Below, one piece after another: positions 37,685-46,813 of a stretch of DNA of 64,000 nt. This DNA is from Patescibacteria group bacterium. GTDB taxonomy: Bacteria > Patescibacteriota > Minisyncoccia > Ryanbacterales > GWA2-47-10b. The stretch spans positions 14,464 to 78,463 of the forward strand of contig JBBTQY010000003.1 of assembly GCA_038065475.1 (NCBI GenBank), in the 5' to 3' direction. Each line of letters starts with the position of its first letter. Position 1 is the first letter of the stretch. Under the pieces are notes generated by a model. It was given only the letters and a program-made list of their open reading frames with translations. It was not told the DNA's origin and made no database searches. The position numbers were made by a program, and so were the translations under genes.

Positions 37685-38215
37685 TCATGATTTAACGAAA
37701 GATGCGTCTCCAGTCTGATCTCTCTGCGAGAGAATCGGGTTGGCGATCGGCCACCAGATGCCGAAAGCGGGATCGTTCCATAGAATTGTGAATTGCGCCC
37801 CCGCGCCCTGATAGTAGGTCGACTGCTTGTAGTGGAAGATCGCCTCGCCGCTCATGACCAAGTGTCCATTGCCGAACTTCGGTGGGACGAGCACCTGCAG
37901 TCCATTCGTGTCAGACAGTGTGAACGACTCCCACTGCAGAAACTGCGCGGAATCCGGATCGTTGTTGACCACGACGAGGTAGAACGAACCGTACAGGCAC
38001 GAGATCAACTTCCATGTCTTGTCATCACCGTGAATGCCGCGAAGCACTCCGTGAGACGACCTCGAGATGTCATCTTGCACGAACTCGACGTGCGCGCCGA
38101 GTTGATCGTAGATCTTCCGGTGATAAATCTCGCGGTACCGACCGCGAAAATCTTCGAACGCTTCAGTTTCGAAGCACATCACGCCATCGAGTCTACATGC
38201 GCGTAGCTTGATCAT
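37685..38215 (-). CDS. Cupin-fold nucleotide-sugar 3,5-epimerase (RmlC-like; cf. heptose epimerases DdahB/MlghB)
   Basis: FEDFRGRYREIY...SRSSHGVLRGIHG matches the RmlC active-site region. GC-rich. Confidence 0.75.
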   Translation of the reverse strand: MIKLRACRLDGVMCFETEAFEDFRGRYREIYHRKIYDQLGAHVEFVQDDISRSSHGVLRGIHGDDKTWKLISCLYGSFYLVVVNNDPDSAQFLQWESFTLSDTNGLQVLVPPKFGNGHLVMSGEAIFHYKQSTYYQGAGAQFTILWNDPAFGIWWPIANPILSQRDQTGDASFVKS

Positions 38216-39210
38216 ACGCTCCTCCGGGCATTGGCGTAGTGCTCACGCCAGTAGTTGAGCGTGTCGATGATGGTCTGCTCAAACGGGATCTCCGGCGCCC
38301 ATCCCGTCATCGCCACGAATTTCTCGATGGACGGAATCTGGAGCGTGACATCCGACGGACGTAGGCGCGCGGGATCGACTTCCACACGAATACGTTTTCC
38401 CGTCGAATACGAGAGAAGTCTGTCGAGCATCTCCCGTATCGTCATCGTAACGCTACCGCCGATGTTGTAGACGTCGCCCGGTTTGCACCGCTCGACGAGA
38501 AGCCAGTATGCTCGCACCGCGTCACGCACATCCATCCACGTACGAACGCTGTCGAGATTGCCGACCTTCAACACGGGCTTCTGGACCCCTGCCTCGATGG
38601 CGGCGATCTGCTTTGCAAAACTCGACAGGGCAAACACCTCGCCGCGACGCGGGCCCGTATGCGTGAACATACGAGTACGAATCGTGCGGATCTGCCAGCT
38701 CAGCCAGTATTGCAGAGCGATCATGTCTTCGCCCACCTTGCTCACCGCATAGGGCGAGGCGGGACGAAACGGGTTCTCCTCCTTGATGGGAACCTCGTCT
38801 GACCTCACCTGCCCATAGACTTCAGATGAACTGCAGATGTGGATGATGGGGTCGTACGATCGCGCGTCCTTCTGCTCACGCACTACCTCGAGAAGGTTTG
38901 ATGTCCCGAGGACGTTGGTCGCCAGCGTTGCCCCAGGGGCACGGAAACTGAAATCGACATACGACTGCGCCGCGAGGTGAAAGATCACCCCGGGCGAGTG
39001 GCGCGCCAAGATCGTTCTGAGCGACGAGAGGTCGCTGAGATCTCCATACTCGAGCGTCACGCGATCCAAGATGTGCGCGATGTTGTCCTTGGGAGAGCGC
39101 CAACGCACAAGTCCGACGATCTTGGTGTCGTGGTGGTGCTCGAGAATGTAGTCAGCCAAATGGCTTCCCACAAATCCCGTGATACCGGTTATCAGTACAC
39201 ACTTCTTCAT
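38212..39210 (-). CDS. NAD-dependent nucleotide-sugar 4,6-dehydratase/reductase of the GDP-mannose 4,6-dehydratase/Rmd clade (candidate GDP-heptose 4,6-dehydratase)
   Basis: MKKCVLITGITGFVGSHLADYIL Rossmann region and a YAVSK catalytic region. There is a 4-nt overlap with the epimerase. GC-rich. SD AAGGAGG lies upstream. Confidence 0.8.
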   Translation of the reverse strand: MKKCVLITGITGFVGSHLADYILEHHHDTKIVGLVRWRSPKDNIAHILDRVTLEYGDLSDLSSLRTILARHSPGVIFHLAAQSYVDFSFRAPGATLATNVLGTSNLLEVVREQKDARSYDPIIHICSSSEVYGQVRSDEVPIKEENPFRPASPYAVSKVGEDMIALQYWLSWQIRTIRTRMFTHTGPRRGEVFALSSFAKQIAAIEAGVQKPVLKVGNLDSVRTWMDVRDAVRAYWLLVERCKPGDVYNIGGSVTMTIREMLDRLLSYSTGKRIRVEVDPARLRPSDVTLQIPSIEKFVAMTGWAPEIPFEQTIIDTLNYWREHYANARRSV

Positions 39211-39259
39211 ATGAAAGGCCTCCTTCGCCCTTGTAAATAATTCAACGAACCCCAGCCTG

Positions 39260-39288
39260 CTTATAGCAAAAAGAAGTGTCTTTGTGAA
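39260..39288 (-). promoter_or_regulatory. Putative extended -10 promoter (TTCACA-N17-TGCTATAAG) for the dehydratase/epimerase genes
   Basis: Read from sequence. Shares the TTGCTATAAGCA motif with the promoter at 34345. Confidence 0.35.
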
Positions 39289-39317
39289 GCGTTAGAGAAT
39301 ATGATAATGTCCGATAT

Positions 39318-40574
39318 ATGATGCGCCCGGCACCCATAAAAAAACTTGAACGGTTTCTCAATACTGACACCCTATATCTTGCACGTGGGAGTTTTTGGAT
39401 GTCGCTCGGCAGCATCGTCAACATGGGAGTCGCCCTTCTCTTATCGATAGCGTATGCGCGCTATATACCAAAAGAAGTGTATGGAAGCTACCGATATGTC
39501 TTTTCGGTCTTGGGTGCTGCCGGCATCTTCGCACTGCCTGGCATGGCAGTCATTATTACGCAGTCAGTCGCACGTGGTTTTTCGGGCACCTATCGCCAAG
39601 CGAATAGAATTATTTTTTACGGGTCTATTGGTATTAGTGTCATCAGCGCTGGCGCATCAATATTTTTCTTCCGGCAAGACAATCTGACACTCGCGACAGC
39701 GTTTCTCGCGGGCGCGATCGGTATACCTTTTGTCGAAGGGCTAGGTAATTGGAGAGGGTATTTTGATGGAGTGAAAGCATTCAAGAGAAAAACAATCCTC
39801 AATATAAAAATAAAAATATTCTATGGCATTTCTATGCTCAGTGCTATTTTTTGCATTTGGTTTTTCTATCTTCCACCAATGATCGCAACAGCCTTACTTG
39901 TCAGCGCGTATGTTATCCCTCTCGGCATCGCAAATATTTTTGCCGTACGAACCACGCTTCAAGAAGTCCCGCCAAATGCGCCTATAGAACCGGACTCAAT
40001 ACGATACGGCATGCACCTCTCACTCGGAACAGTACCGACAACTATTGCATCATACATAGATAGCATCATCGTCTATCACTATCTGGGTCCGATCGCACTC
40101 GCAACCTATGCGTTTGCTACCGCAATTCCCGACCAAATCAAAGTTATCTTTATTAACATCGCTAGTACGACGACGCCAAAACTGGCCCAACAAGCATTTA
40201 CCGTCGAGCAAAAACGGGAACTTACTAAAAAACTCTTCCGCGCTTCGATATTTACCACGCTGATTATCCTTGGATATATCATTGTTGCACCACTTATCTA
40301 TATGATTTTTTTTAACCGATACTTAGACGCAATTCCGTACTCACAAGTCTTTGTTATCTCGCTTGCACTGTTTCCATTTGGTATCTTTGGCAATGCGATA
40401 CGCGCAGAGGGCAACATCAAGAAAAATTATATACTTGATAGTACGGTATCGGGCATTCAAATTGTAGCGCTTTTGATGCTCATTCCATGGTACGGCCTTT
40501 GGGGAGCAATCTGGGGGCGTGTCATCGGCAGGTTTGCCAATAACTTCTTCTCTTATGTTCTTTTCCGGTACTAA
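39318..40574 (+). CDS. Wzx-type oligosaccharide/polysaccharide flippase (MOP superfamily)
   Basis: 418 aa with about 12 TM helices. Typical polysaccharide biosynthesis protein N-terminus and composition. Confidence 0.8.
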   Translation: MMRPAPIKKLERFLNTDTLYLARGSFWMSLGSIVNMGVALLLSIAYARYIPKEVYGSYRYVFSVLGAAGIFALPGMAVIITQSVARGFSGTYRQANRIIFYGSIGISVISAGASIFFFRQDNLTLATAFLAGAIGIPFVEGLGNWRGYFDGVKAFKRKTILNIKIKIFYGISMLSAIFCIWFFYLPPMIATALLVSAYVIPLGIANIFAVRTTLQEVPPNAPIEPDSIRYGMHLSLGTVPTTIASYIDSIIVYHYLGPIALATYAFATAIPDQIKVIFINIASTTTPKLAQQAFTVEQKRELTKKLFRASIFTTLIILGYIIVAPLIYMIFFNRYLDAIPYSQVFVISLALFPFGIFGNAIRAEGNIKKNYILDSTVSGIQIVALLMLIPWYGLWGAIWGRVIGRFANNFFSYVLFRY

Positions 40575-40587
40575 AACAAAAACGTGC

Positions 40588-41175
40588 ATGCCACTCGCGC
40601 GACACACAATGTACACGCATATTTTTGATGCGCTTGCACTGCCACTCGATGGGGAAATTCTCGGTATTAGCGGTCTTAAATATTTTGAAGGATCAAAAAA
40701 CTTCACTCCTCAGCGAAAGATTATTGCAAGCACTGCGCGCATCACGCGTGCCGATTATCCAGACGTCAACATTCTTTCGCTCCCCTACACCGACAATATG
40801 TTTGACGTCGTCATCGCCGATCAAGTCATCGAACACATTGAGGGGAACCCTGAACAAGCAATACATGAAATTCATCGCGTCTTAAAACCGGGCGGCATCG
40901 CGATCATAACCTCTGTACTTCTCTACCCAATTCATTGGGGACCAAAAGATCTGTGGCGCTTCACGCCAGATGGCCTTCGACACCTCTGCCGTATCTTTAA
41001 TGATATTCGCGCCGCTGATAGCTGGGGCACCAAATGGATTGTTGCACTCGCCCTCATCTACCCGCGCATTGGTGACTGGCGCGTCACAAAAAAACCCCTC
41101 AATATTGCCTCTTATCTCGCAAACATGAATGACAAAAAATATCCATGGGCGACATGGATAATCGCACGGAAATAA
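40588..41175 (+). CDS. Class I SAM-dependent methyltransferase
   Basis: DVVIADQVIEHI and VLKPGGIAIITS motifs. Start at the internal ATG (MPLARHTMY). Confidence 0.75.
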   Translation: MPLARHTMYTHIFDALALPLDGEILGISGLKYFEGSKNFTPQRKIIASTARITRADYPDVNILSLPYTDNMFDVVIADQVIEHIEGNPEQAIHEIHRVLKPGGIAIITSVLLYPIHWGPKDLWRFTPDGLRHLCRIFNDIRAADSWGTKWIVALALIYPRIGDWRVTKKPLNIASYLANMNDKKYPWATWIIARK

Positions 41176-41179
41176 TTTC

Positions 41180-42307
41180 TTAGGAAAGAATCTTTTCTAC
41201 TACTTCAATCACCTTCGAGACTTCTTTGTCGGTGAGTTTTGAATACAAAGGCAACGTTATCGTACGAGCGCCGATAGACTCTGCGTGTGGGAAATCGCCC
41301 TCACGGTACCCATATTTTTTCCGATAGTATGTCATGAGATGAATAGGGCGATAATTTACCGCCACACCAATACCGTGAGATTCTAACGCATGCAATATCT
41401 CATCGCGACGTGGAGCATCGACAAGCGCCGTAGAAAGATGCCGCGCATGCGTAACTCCCGGATCTGTCTGGAGAAATTCGATACCGGCCTTCTGAAAAGC
41501 ACGCTCGTAACGCTCAGCGATAACCGCGCGACGTTTCCATACTTTGCGAGCGCGAGCAAGCTGGCCAATCAAGAGTGCTGCTTGAATGTTAGTCATGTTA
41601 AACTTCCATCCGAGCACTGGTACATCATAATGCTGATAAAGTTTGCCGTAGCGATCCGCCATAGAGCGCGAAACACCATGGAGGCGCGTCTTTGCGATAT
41701 GATCTGCAATAGACTTATGGCGAGTGACGACTGCACCACCTTCGCCCGAGGTGATGCTCTTGGTCGCATAAAAACTAAAACACGCCGCATCAGATACCAT
41801 GCCGGGGCGAATACCGTCGCGCTCAGCCTCAAGGGCGTGAGCTGCGTCTTCAATAACAAAAAGTTTATGCGCGCGGGCGATACGCGACATTTTTTTCATA
41901 TCCACCATCTGCCCGTACAAATGCACGGGAAGAATGGCTTTTGTTTTTTTTGTTATCGCCTCAGCAATATGGTCAACATTGATATTGCCAGTTCGTGAGT
42001 CGACATCGACGAATACCGGCTTTGCACCAACTTGTTCTATCACGTGAGCAGTCGCTACATACGAGAGTGGCGTAGTGATAACCTCATCTCCTCGACCGAT
42101 ACCATGAGCCTCAAGGGAGAGAAAAAGGGCGCTTGTACAACTCGTAGTCCCGCGAACATGCCCGCCTCGAACCCCCAAAAATGCCGTGAGCTTTTCCTCA
42201 AAGGTACGGACATACGCGCCCGTGGTAAGGACAGGCCCTCGTAATACTTTCTCAACCCGCCCGATATCAGCGCGTTCAATATTATGACGAAAGAAAGGGA
42301 CCTTCAT
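41180..42307 (-). CDS. DegT/DnrJ/EryC1/StrS-family PLP-dependent nucleotide-sugar aminotransferase
   Basis: MKVPFFRHNIERADIGRVEKVLRGPVLTTG is the family N-terminus. Length and the lysine region are typical. Confidence 0.85.
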   Translation of the reverse strand: MKVPFFRHNIERADIGRVEKVLRGPVLTTGAYVRTFEEKLTAFLGVRGGHVRGTTSCTSALFLSLEAHGIGRGDEVITTPLSYVATAHVIEQVGAKPVFVDVDSRTGNINVDHIAEAITKKTKAILPVHLYGQMVDMKKMSRIARAHKLFVIEDAAHALEAERDGIRPGMVSDAACFSFYATKSITSGEGGAVVTRHKSIADHIAKTRLHGVSRSMADRYGKLYQHYDVPVLGWKFNMTNIQAALLIGQLARARKVWKRRAVIAERYERAFQKAGIEFLQTDPGVTHARHLSTALVDAPRRDEILHALESHGIGVAVNYRPIHLMTYYRKKYGYREGDFPHAESIGARTITLPLYSKLTDKEVSKVIEVVEKILS

Positions 42308-42315
42308 GCGCTCGT

Positions 42316-43317
42316 TTAAAACTCTCGTGGAAACAGGTATTCGAACTGGCGAATATTATAGTATTTTGATTCGCCCAAATCATGCTTACCCGATGCAAGC
42401 ACCTCCCATATAGATTTTGCTGCTTGCGTAAAATCACTCTGCGGATGAAATCCGATTTTTTCAAATTTCTCACCAGACACACGATAACTACGCTGTGGTC
42501 CTGTCTTCTCTGCCTTGATAATCAGATCAATATCAAACGAGTCTTTAACAATATGGACGATGTCTTCTGCGATATCTTTTACTAATTTGTTGAAGCCTAT
42601 GACGTTAAAAATGCCGCCGGATACTTTTCCAATTGGTGCTTCGAGCGCAAATAGATATGCGCGCGCAGCATCCTCAATATCCAAAAACGGCCTCCACATC
42701 CACCCGCCCGAATGTAAGATAAGTGTTTTGTTGATATAGGCGTTTTTCAAAAATGTATTGATCGCAAGATCATACCGCATGCGTGGTGAAGACCCAAACA
42801 CCGTCCCCTTGCGAAGCATGACGGGCGCAAAAGTATCTGAACGCTGTCCGAGCAAAAACTGTTCGGCCAAATGTTTTGAGAGCGAATACGGCGCCTTGGG
42901 ATAAATAATCTTTTCCTCGGTGCAAATAGTATCGTCGGGTTGCTCTGAATAATACACCGAGCATGAAGACGCGAAAATAAAACGAGGAACACCCGCCTCA
43001 CGCGCGAGTTCAGCCAGATGACGTGTACCCTCAAAATTTACTGAAAAATTTTGCATGGGATTGTATTCAGCTGTCGGATCATTCGAAAACCCCGCGAGAT
43101 GGATAACCGCGCTGACACCCTCAAACAGAGATTTTGGTGCGCTACGAATATCTCCCTCAATCAGCTCAATATCATTTTTGACTGCCGAAAGCCCTTCATG
43201 ACCAAAATATCCCACATCGATTACGCGCACTTTCCAATCAGAACGCAACAAGAGCGGCACAAGCACACTCCCTATATATCCTGAGCCTCCCGTTACGAGT
43301 ACTGTTCCTTTTGACAT
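42316..43317 (-). CDS. NAD-dependent epimerase/dehydratase (extended SDR) nucleotide-sugar enzyme
   Basis: VLVTGGSGYIGS Rossmann motif and a YSLSK catalytic region. Confidence 0.75.
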   Translation of the reverse strand: MSKGTVLVTGGSGYIGSVLVPLLLRSDWKVRVIDVGYFGHEGLSAVKNDIELIEGDIRSAPKSLFEGVSAVIHLAGFSNDPTAEYNPMQNFSVNFEGTRHLAELAREAGVPRFIFASSCSVYYSEQPDDTICTEEKIIYPKAPYSLSKHLAEQFLLGQRSDTFAPVMLRKGTVFGSSPRMRYDLAINTFLKNAYINKTLILHSGGWMWRPFLDIEDAARAYLFALEAPIGKVSGGIFNVIGFNKLVKDIAEDIVHIVKDSFDIDLIIKAEKTGPQRSYRVSGEKFEKIGFHPQSDFTQAAKSIWEVLASGKHDLGESKYYNIRQFEYLFPREF

Positions 43318-43346
43318 AGCTTCTCTTTATATAACCTTAAAAAACC

Positions 43347-43372
43347 CTAACATGTCAAAGAAAAAACCGGCC
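43347..43372 (-). terminator. Rho-independent terminator after the GNAT gene
   Basis: CCGGC-ttcg-GCCGG hairpin followed by TTTTTTCTTT on the minus strand. Confidence 0.5.
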
Positions 43373-43383
43373 GAAGCCGGTTG

Positions 43384-43833
43384 CTATGCCTTGAGGTACA
43401 GGCGAAGAGCGAAGAAGGGACGATCGGCATCCTTCTTCTTGAAGCCGAGCTTCTCGTAAAGCGTAATCGCCTCAGGATGTCGCGTGGAAACGTCGATGAA
43501 GTCGGCGCCACACTCGCGCGCCTCGCGGATCAAAGCCTCCACGAGCCTTGTGCCGATGCCTTGCCCGCGATACTCGGGATCTACCACCACGTCTTCGATG
43601 ACGAATACGCGCCCGAGAAGTTTTGTGTAAAAGGAAAGAGTTGCCATCCCAATAAGAACCTCGCCATCGTACGCGCCGACCATACGAAATGTAGTACGTG
43701 CCGCCACGAACGCAGCGAAGTGCATGGGGGTAAGCTCTTGGTCAGGGTATAGAAACGCCAGAAGCACCGCGATGCGCTGATAAGCTGCCATCAACCCCCC
43801 GCGACTCCGAATAACTTTTACATCAATATCCAT
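43384..43833 (-). CDS. GNAT-family N-acetyltransferase (candidate amino-sugar N-acetyltransferase, WecD/PseH-like role)
   Basis: VIEDVVVDPEYRGQGIGTRLVE is the acetyl-CoA binding motif A. Start at the ATG with GGAGG 7 nt upstream. GC-rich. Confidence 0.75.
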   Translation of the reverse strand: MDIDVKVIRSRGGLMAAYQRIAVLLAFLYPDQELTPMHFAAFVAARTTFRMVGAYDGEVLIGMATLSFYTKLLGRVFVIEDVVVDPEYRGQGIGTRLVEALIREARECGADFIDVSTRHPEAITLYEKLGFKKKDADRPFFALRLYLKA

Positions 43834-43900
43834 ACGTTGCCTCCAGAAGGCAAAGTACAATCTTTTGGGTAACCAGTCAAGCTGTGCTAGGATTTTCAAT

Positions 43901-44815
43901 ATGCCAAAGGTATCAGTAATCATACCAACCCATAACCGCGCTCACCTCCTTCCTCGCGCACTCGACAGCGTGCTATCGCAAAGCTACAAAGATATGGAGA
44001 TTATTATCGTCGACGATGGGTCGAGTGACGAGACGCCTGCCGTTATCGCTCGCTATACCGACCCACGCATCCGAACCATACGATACGAAACACCACAAGG
44101 AATACCGACGGTACGCAATCGCGGCATGCAAGAGGCTCGCGGCGAATATATCGCATGGCAAGACGATGACGATGAGTGGCTCCCCGGGAAGCTGGAGAAA
44201 CAAGTAGCAAAAATGGAAACGCTCTCTGAAGAATACGGGGTCGTCTATTCAGCGTATTGGCGCATGCGCAAAGATGGAACGCGCGCTTTTTTCCCACCAC
44301 GCTGGGTACAACCCCAAGAAGGTGACCTCTATAAAGTATTTCTGAAAAAAAACTTTTTATGCCTCCAATCAATGCTTATGCGAAAAAAAGTTTTTGAAAC
44401 CGTCGGAGGACTCGATAAACGATTCCCCGTACTTCAAGAATATGATTGGTTCCCAAAAATCGCCGAACGTTTTCAGTTTGCTTATATCCCAGAGCCGCTG
44501 ACGCTTTTGCATCATACGCCAAAATCAAATTCACAAAACAACACTCTTAACGCATTTGCTCGAGAATTATTTATACAAGATAGGTATCCTGACCTTCTAC
44601 GATTCAAATTTCTCGGATACCATTATGGACTCATCGGCGATCTTTATATGGGAGATAAAAAACCATGGCGCGCTGCAACTTTTCTTTGGAAATCAGTACG
44701 GCACGAACCTTTCCGTGCGCGACATTGGGTAAAAGCGCTCTGTGCGTCTTGTGGAATTAATTATTTAAAGCTCAAAATATATCTACCTACAGGCAAAAGG
44801 CGATTTAAAATATGA
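43901..44815 (+). CDS. GT2 (GT-A fold) glycosyltransferase
   Basis: VSVIIPTHNRAHLLPRALDSVLSQSY...IIVDDGSSDET and the DDDDEW (DxD) motif. Confidence 0.8.
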   Translation: MPKVSVIIPTHNRAHLLPRALDSVLSQSYKDMEIIIVDDGSSDETPAVIARYTDPRIRTIRYETPQGIPTVRNRGMQEARGEYIAWQDDDDEWLPGKLEKQVAKMETLSEEYGVVYSAYWRMRKDGTRAFFPPRWVQPQEGDLYKVFLKKNFLCLQSMLMRKKVFETVGGLDKRFPVLQEYDWFPKIAERFQFAYIPEPLTLLHHTPKSNSQNNTLNAFARELFIQDRYPDLLRFKFLGYHYGLIGDLYMGDKKPWRAATFLWKSVRHEPFRARHWVKALCASCGINYLKLKIYLPTGKRRFKI

Positions 44816-45522
44816 AACAAGTTCGATTTGAGTTTAAATATATCCTCCACCCCGCTCAGGTAGTTGAGGCGCGCGATATCATCCACCGATGCATGAACCC
44901 TGATCCATTCGCGCCATCGGGATCCTATACTGTGACGAGTCTTTACTTTGACACGCCCACACTCTCCGATTACTACGAAAAATCGAGTGGGTTTTTAGAT
45001 CGCAAAAAAGTGCGCGCACGAATATATGCGCAAAATCTTGCCCGATCAGATGGAATGATTTGGCTTGAAATAAAACGGAAACATAACGCGATATTTAGAA
45101 AAATACATACGGCAATCACAAAAGCCTCGTGGGATCTTATGATCGAACATCGCTATTCTGAATTACTCAAACTCAATACTAGCGATGAAATTCGTACGTT
45201 TCTCTGGGATCTTATACGCGAAAAACGAACGCCGACATCGTTTATCCGCTACCAGCGCACGCCGTACGTAGGAACTCATGACCCCTCATTTCGCATTACG
45301 CTTGATTCTGACATCGAAACAGCACGTCATGATGACCTGACAGAACCACTCTACACATATCCCGTAAAAAATGTAGGCGCTATCTTGGAAGTTAAATTTT
45401 CTGAAACTCTCCCCCCTTGGTTCGGTCATGTCGTGCGCAATCTTGATTTGACGCGCACCAGTTTCTCCAAGTATGCTAAGTCTATTGAAACGGCATCTTT
45501 GTGGAACCCGCTCCCACGCTAA
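44812..45522 (+). CDS. VTC-domain (CYTH-like, polyphosphate-polymerase-type domain) protein
   Basis: RFEFKYIL...SLYFDTP...RKKVRARIY resembles the bacterial VTC domain N-terminus. It has a 4-nt overlap with the upstream GT2 and is followed by its usual DUF4956 partner. Confidence 0.55.
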   Translation: MKQVRFEFKYILHPAQVVEARDIIHRCMNPDPFAPSGSYTVTSLYFDTPTLSDYYEKSSGFLDRKKVRARIYAQNLARSDGMIWLEIKRKHNAIFRKIHTAITKASWDLMIEHRYSELLKLNTSDEIRTFLWDLIREKRTPTSFIRYQRTPYVGTHDPSFRITLDSDIETARHDDLTEPLYTYPVKNVGAILEVKFSETLPPWFGHVVRNLDLTRTSFSKYAKSIETASLWNPLPR

Positions 45523-45527
45523 ATATT

Positions 45528-46211
45528 ATGGAATCAAACTTTTTAACAAACTTCTATAACCTAACCTCGACGGAACTATCGAGCGCTCTTGTGGTACTCA
45601 ATTTACTTTTGGCATTCGGGCTGGCGACACTGGTCGTGTGGGTGTGGCGCAAAACACATACGGGCCTTTCATACTCGCAATCTTTCGCTATCACCATCGT
45701 CATGATTGCCCCCCTTGCATCAGCGGTCATGATGATCGTTCAAAACAACCTCATCGGAGCATTCGCTCTCCTTGGTGCGTTCTCCCTGATTCGCTTCCGT
45801 ACCATCATGAAAGAGACGCGCGATATTGCGTTTCTCTTCTTTGCTCTCACTATCGGTGTATCCGTAGGTACTGGATACTATGCGCTCGCCTTCATCACTA
45901 CTGCGCTTCTCTCAGGCATCGTTCTCTTACTCTACCGATATCAGTTTGCCTCGTCATCAAAAAATGGCTATCTCGTGACATTCCATGCAGAACGCACATT
46001 TAATACAGCTGCGTTAGATCCCCTTTTTAGCACGGTACTTACATCTTCCGAACTCATTCATGAGAAGATATCAAATGCGGGCATCGAGTATGCGTATACT
46101 ATCATCTTCAAAGAGAAAAAAACGGAAGATCAATTTCTCAAAAAATTAAGTGACGTACAGGGTATTACAGATATCTTCCTTCTCTCTGGGAAAGATACTA
46201 TCGAATACTAA
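45528..46211 (+). CDS. DUF4956-family membrane protein (conserved partner of bacterial VTC-domain proteins)
   Basis: An N-terminal membrane region with 4 TM helices is followed by a soluble domain of about 100 aa. The adjacency to the VTC gene supports the call. Confidence 0.55.
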   Translation: MESNFLTNFYNLTSTELSSALVVLNLLLAFGLATLVVWVWRKTHTGLSYSQSFAITIVMIAPLASAVMMIVQNNLIGAFALLGAFSLIRFRTIMKETRDIAFLFFALTIGVSVGTGYYALAFITTALLSGIVLLLYRYQFASSSKNGYLVTFHAERTFNTAALDPLFSTVLTSSELIHEKISNAGIEYAYTIIFKEKKTEDQFLKKLSDVQGITDIFLLSGKDTIEY

Positions 46212-46813
46212 ACCTTCTGAAGTACAAAAAAATGATGCCGTGGGTTTTCAAGTACACGGTATTCTTTTTTTATCTGAAAACCAGCCGACCTTATACTTCT
46301 CATGATTCGATCTAGTGAGTATCCTCGCATACCAATCTCCCAAGAATGCTCATGATGTAGTGGTTGACGGGGCGAAATAAAACGTAAATTCAATAACTTT
46401 CGAAATCGTGTTATTTTCGGAATAGGCAATTCAAATCGTAAAAATGGAGTTGCGACCGGAAGTGAGATAATAACCAAAGTTTTAGCAACACGATAAAGTT
46501 CGCGAAGAGCTTTCTCTGAATCTTCATACGGCATATGCTCAAGTACCTCACATGCCGTAATACAATCAAAGGAACCATCTGGGAATGGCAACTCTTTGAT
46601 TGAACCTACAACATCTGGATTTCTCGCAGAATCAACGTCGAGAGTTGTTACCGACAAACCATGATGGCGCAGATACAACGCGACAAAACCCGTACCCACA
46701 CCGACCTCGAGAAGTGACGCTGGATGGAGCTTAAAAACCTCATCTATCTGATGCCAATAACTCGCGAAGCGAGCTTTGGAATCATACGCACGCTTAAACT
46801 CGTGACCTTTCAT
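46208..46813 (-). CDS. Class I SAM-dependent methyltransferase
   Basis: LLEVGVGTGFVALYL motif I. Confidence 0.75.
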   Translation of the reverse strand: MKGHEFKRAYDSKARFASYWHQIDEVFKLHPASLLEVGVGTGFVALYLRHHGLSVTTLDVDSARNPDVVGSIKELPFPDGSFDCITACEVLEHMPYEDSEKALRELYRVAKTLVIISLPVATPFLRFELPIPKITRFRKLLNLRFISPRQPLHHEHSWEIGMRGYSLDRIMRSIRSAGFQIKKEYRVLENPRHHFFVLQKV

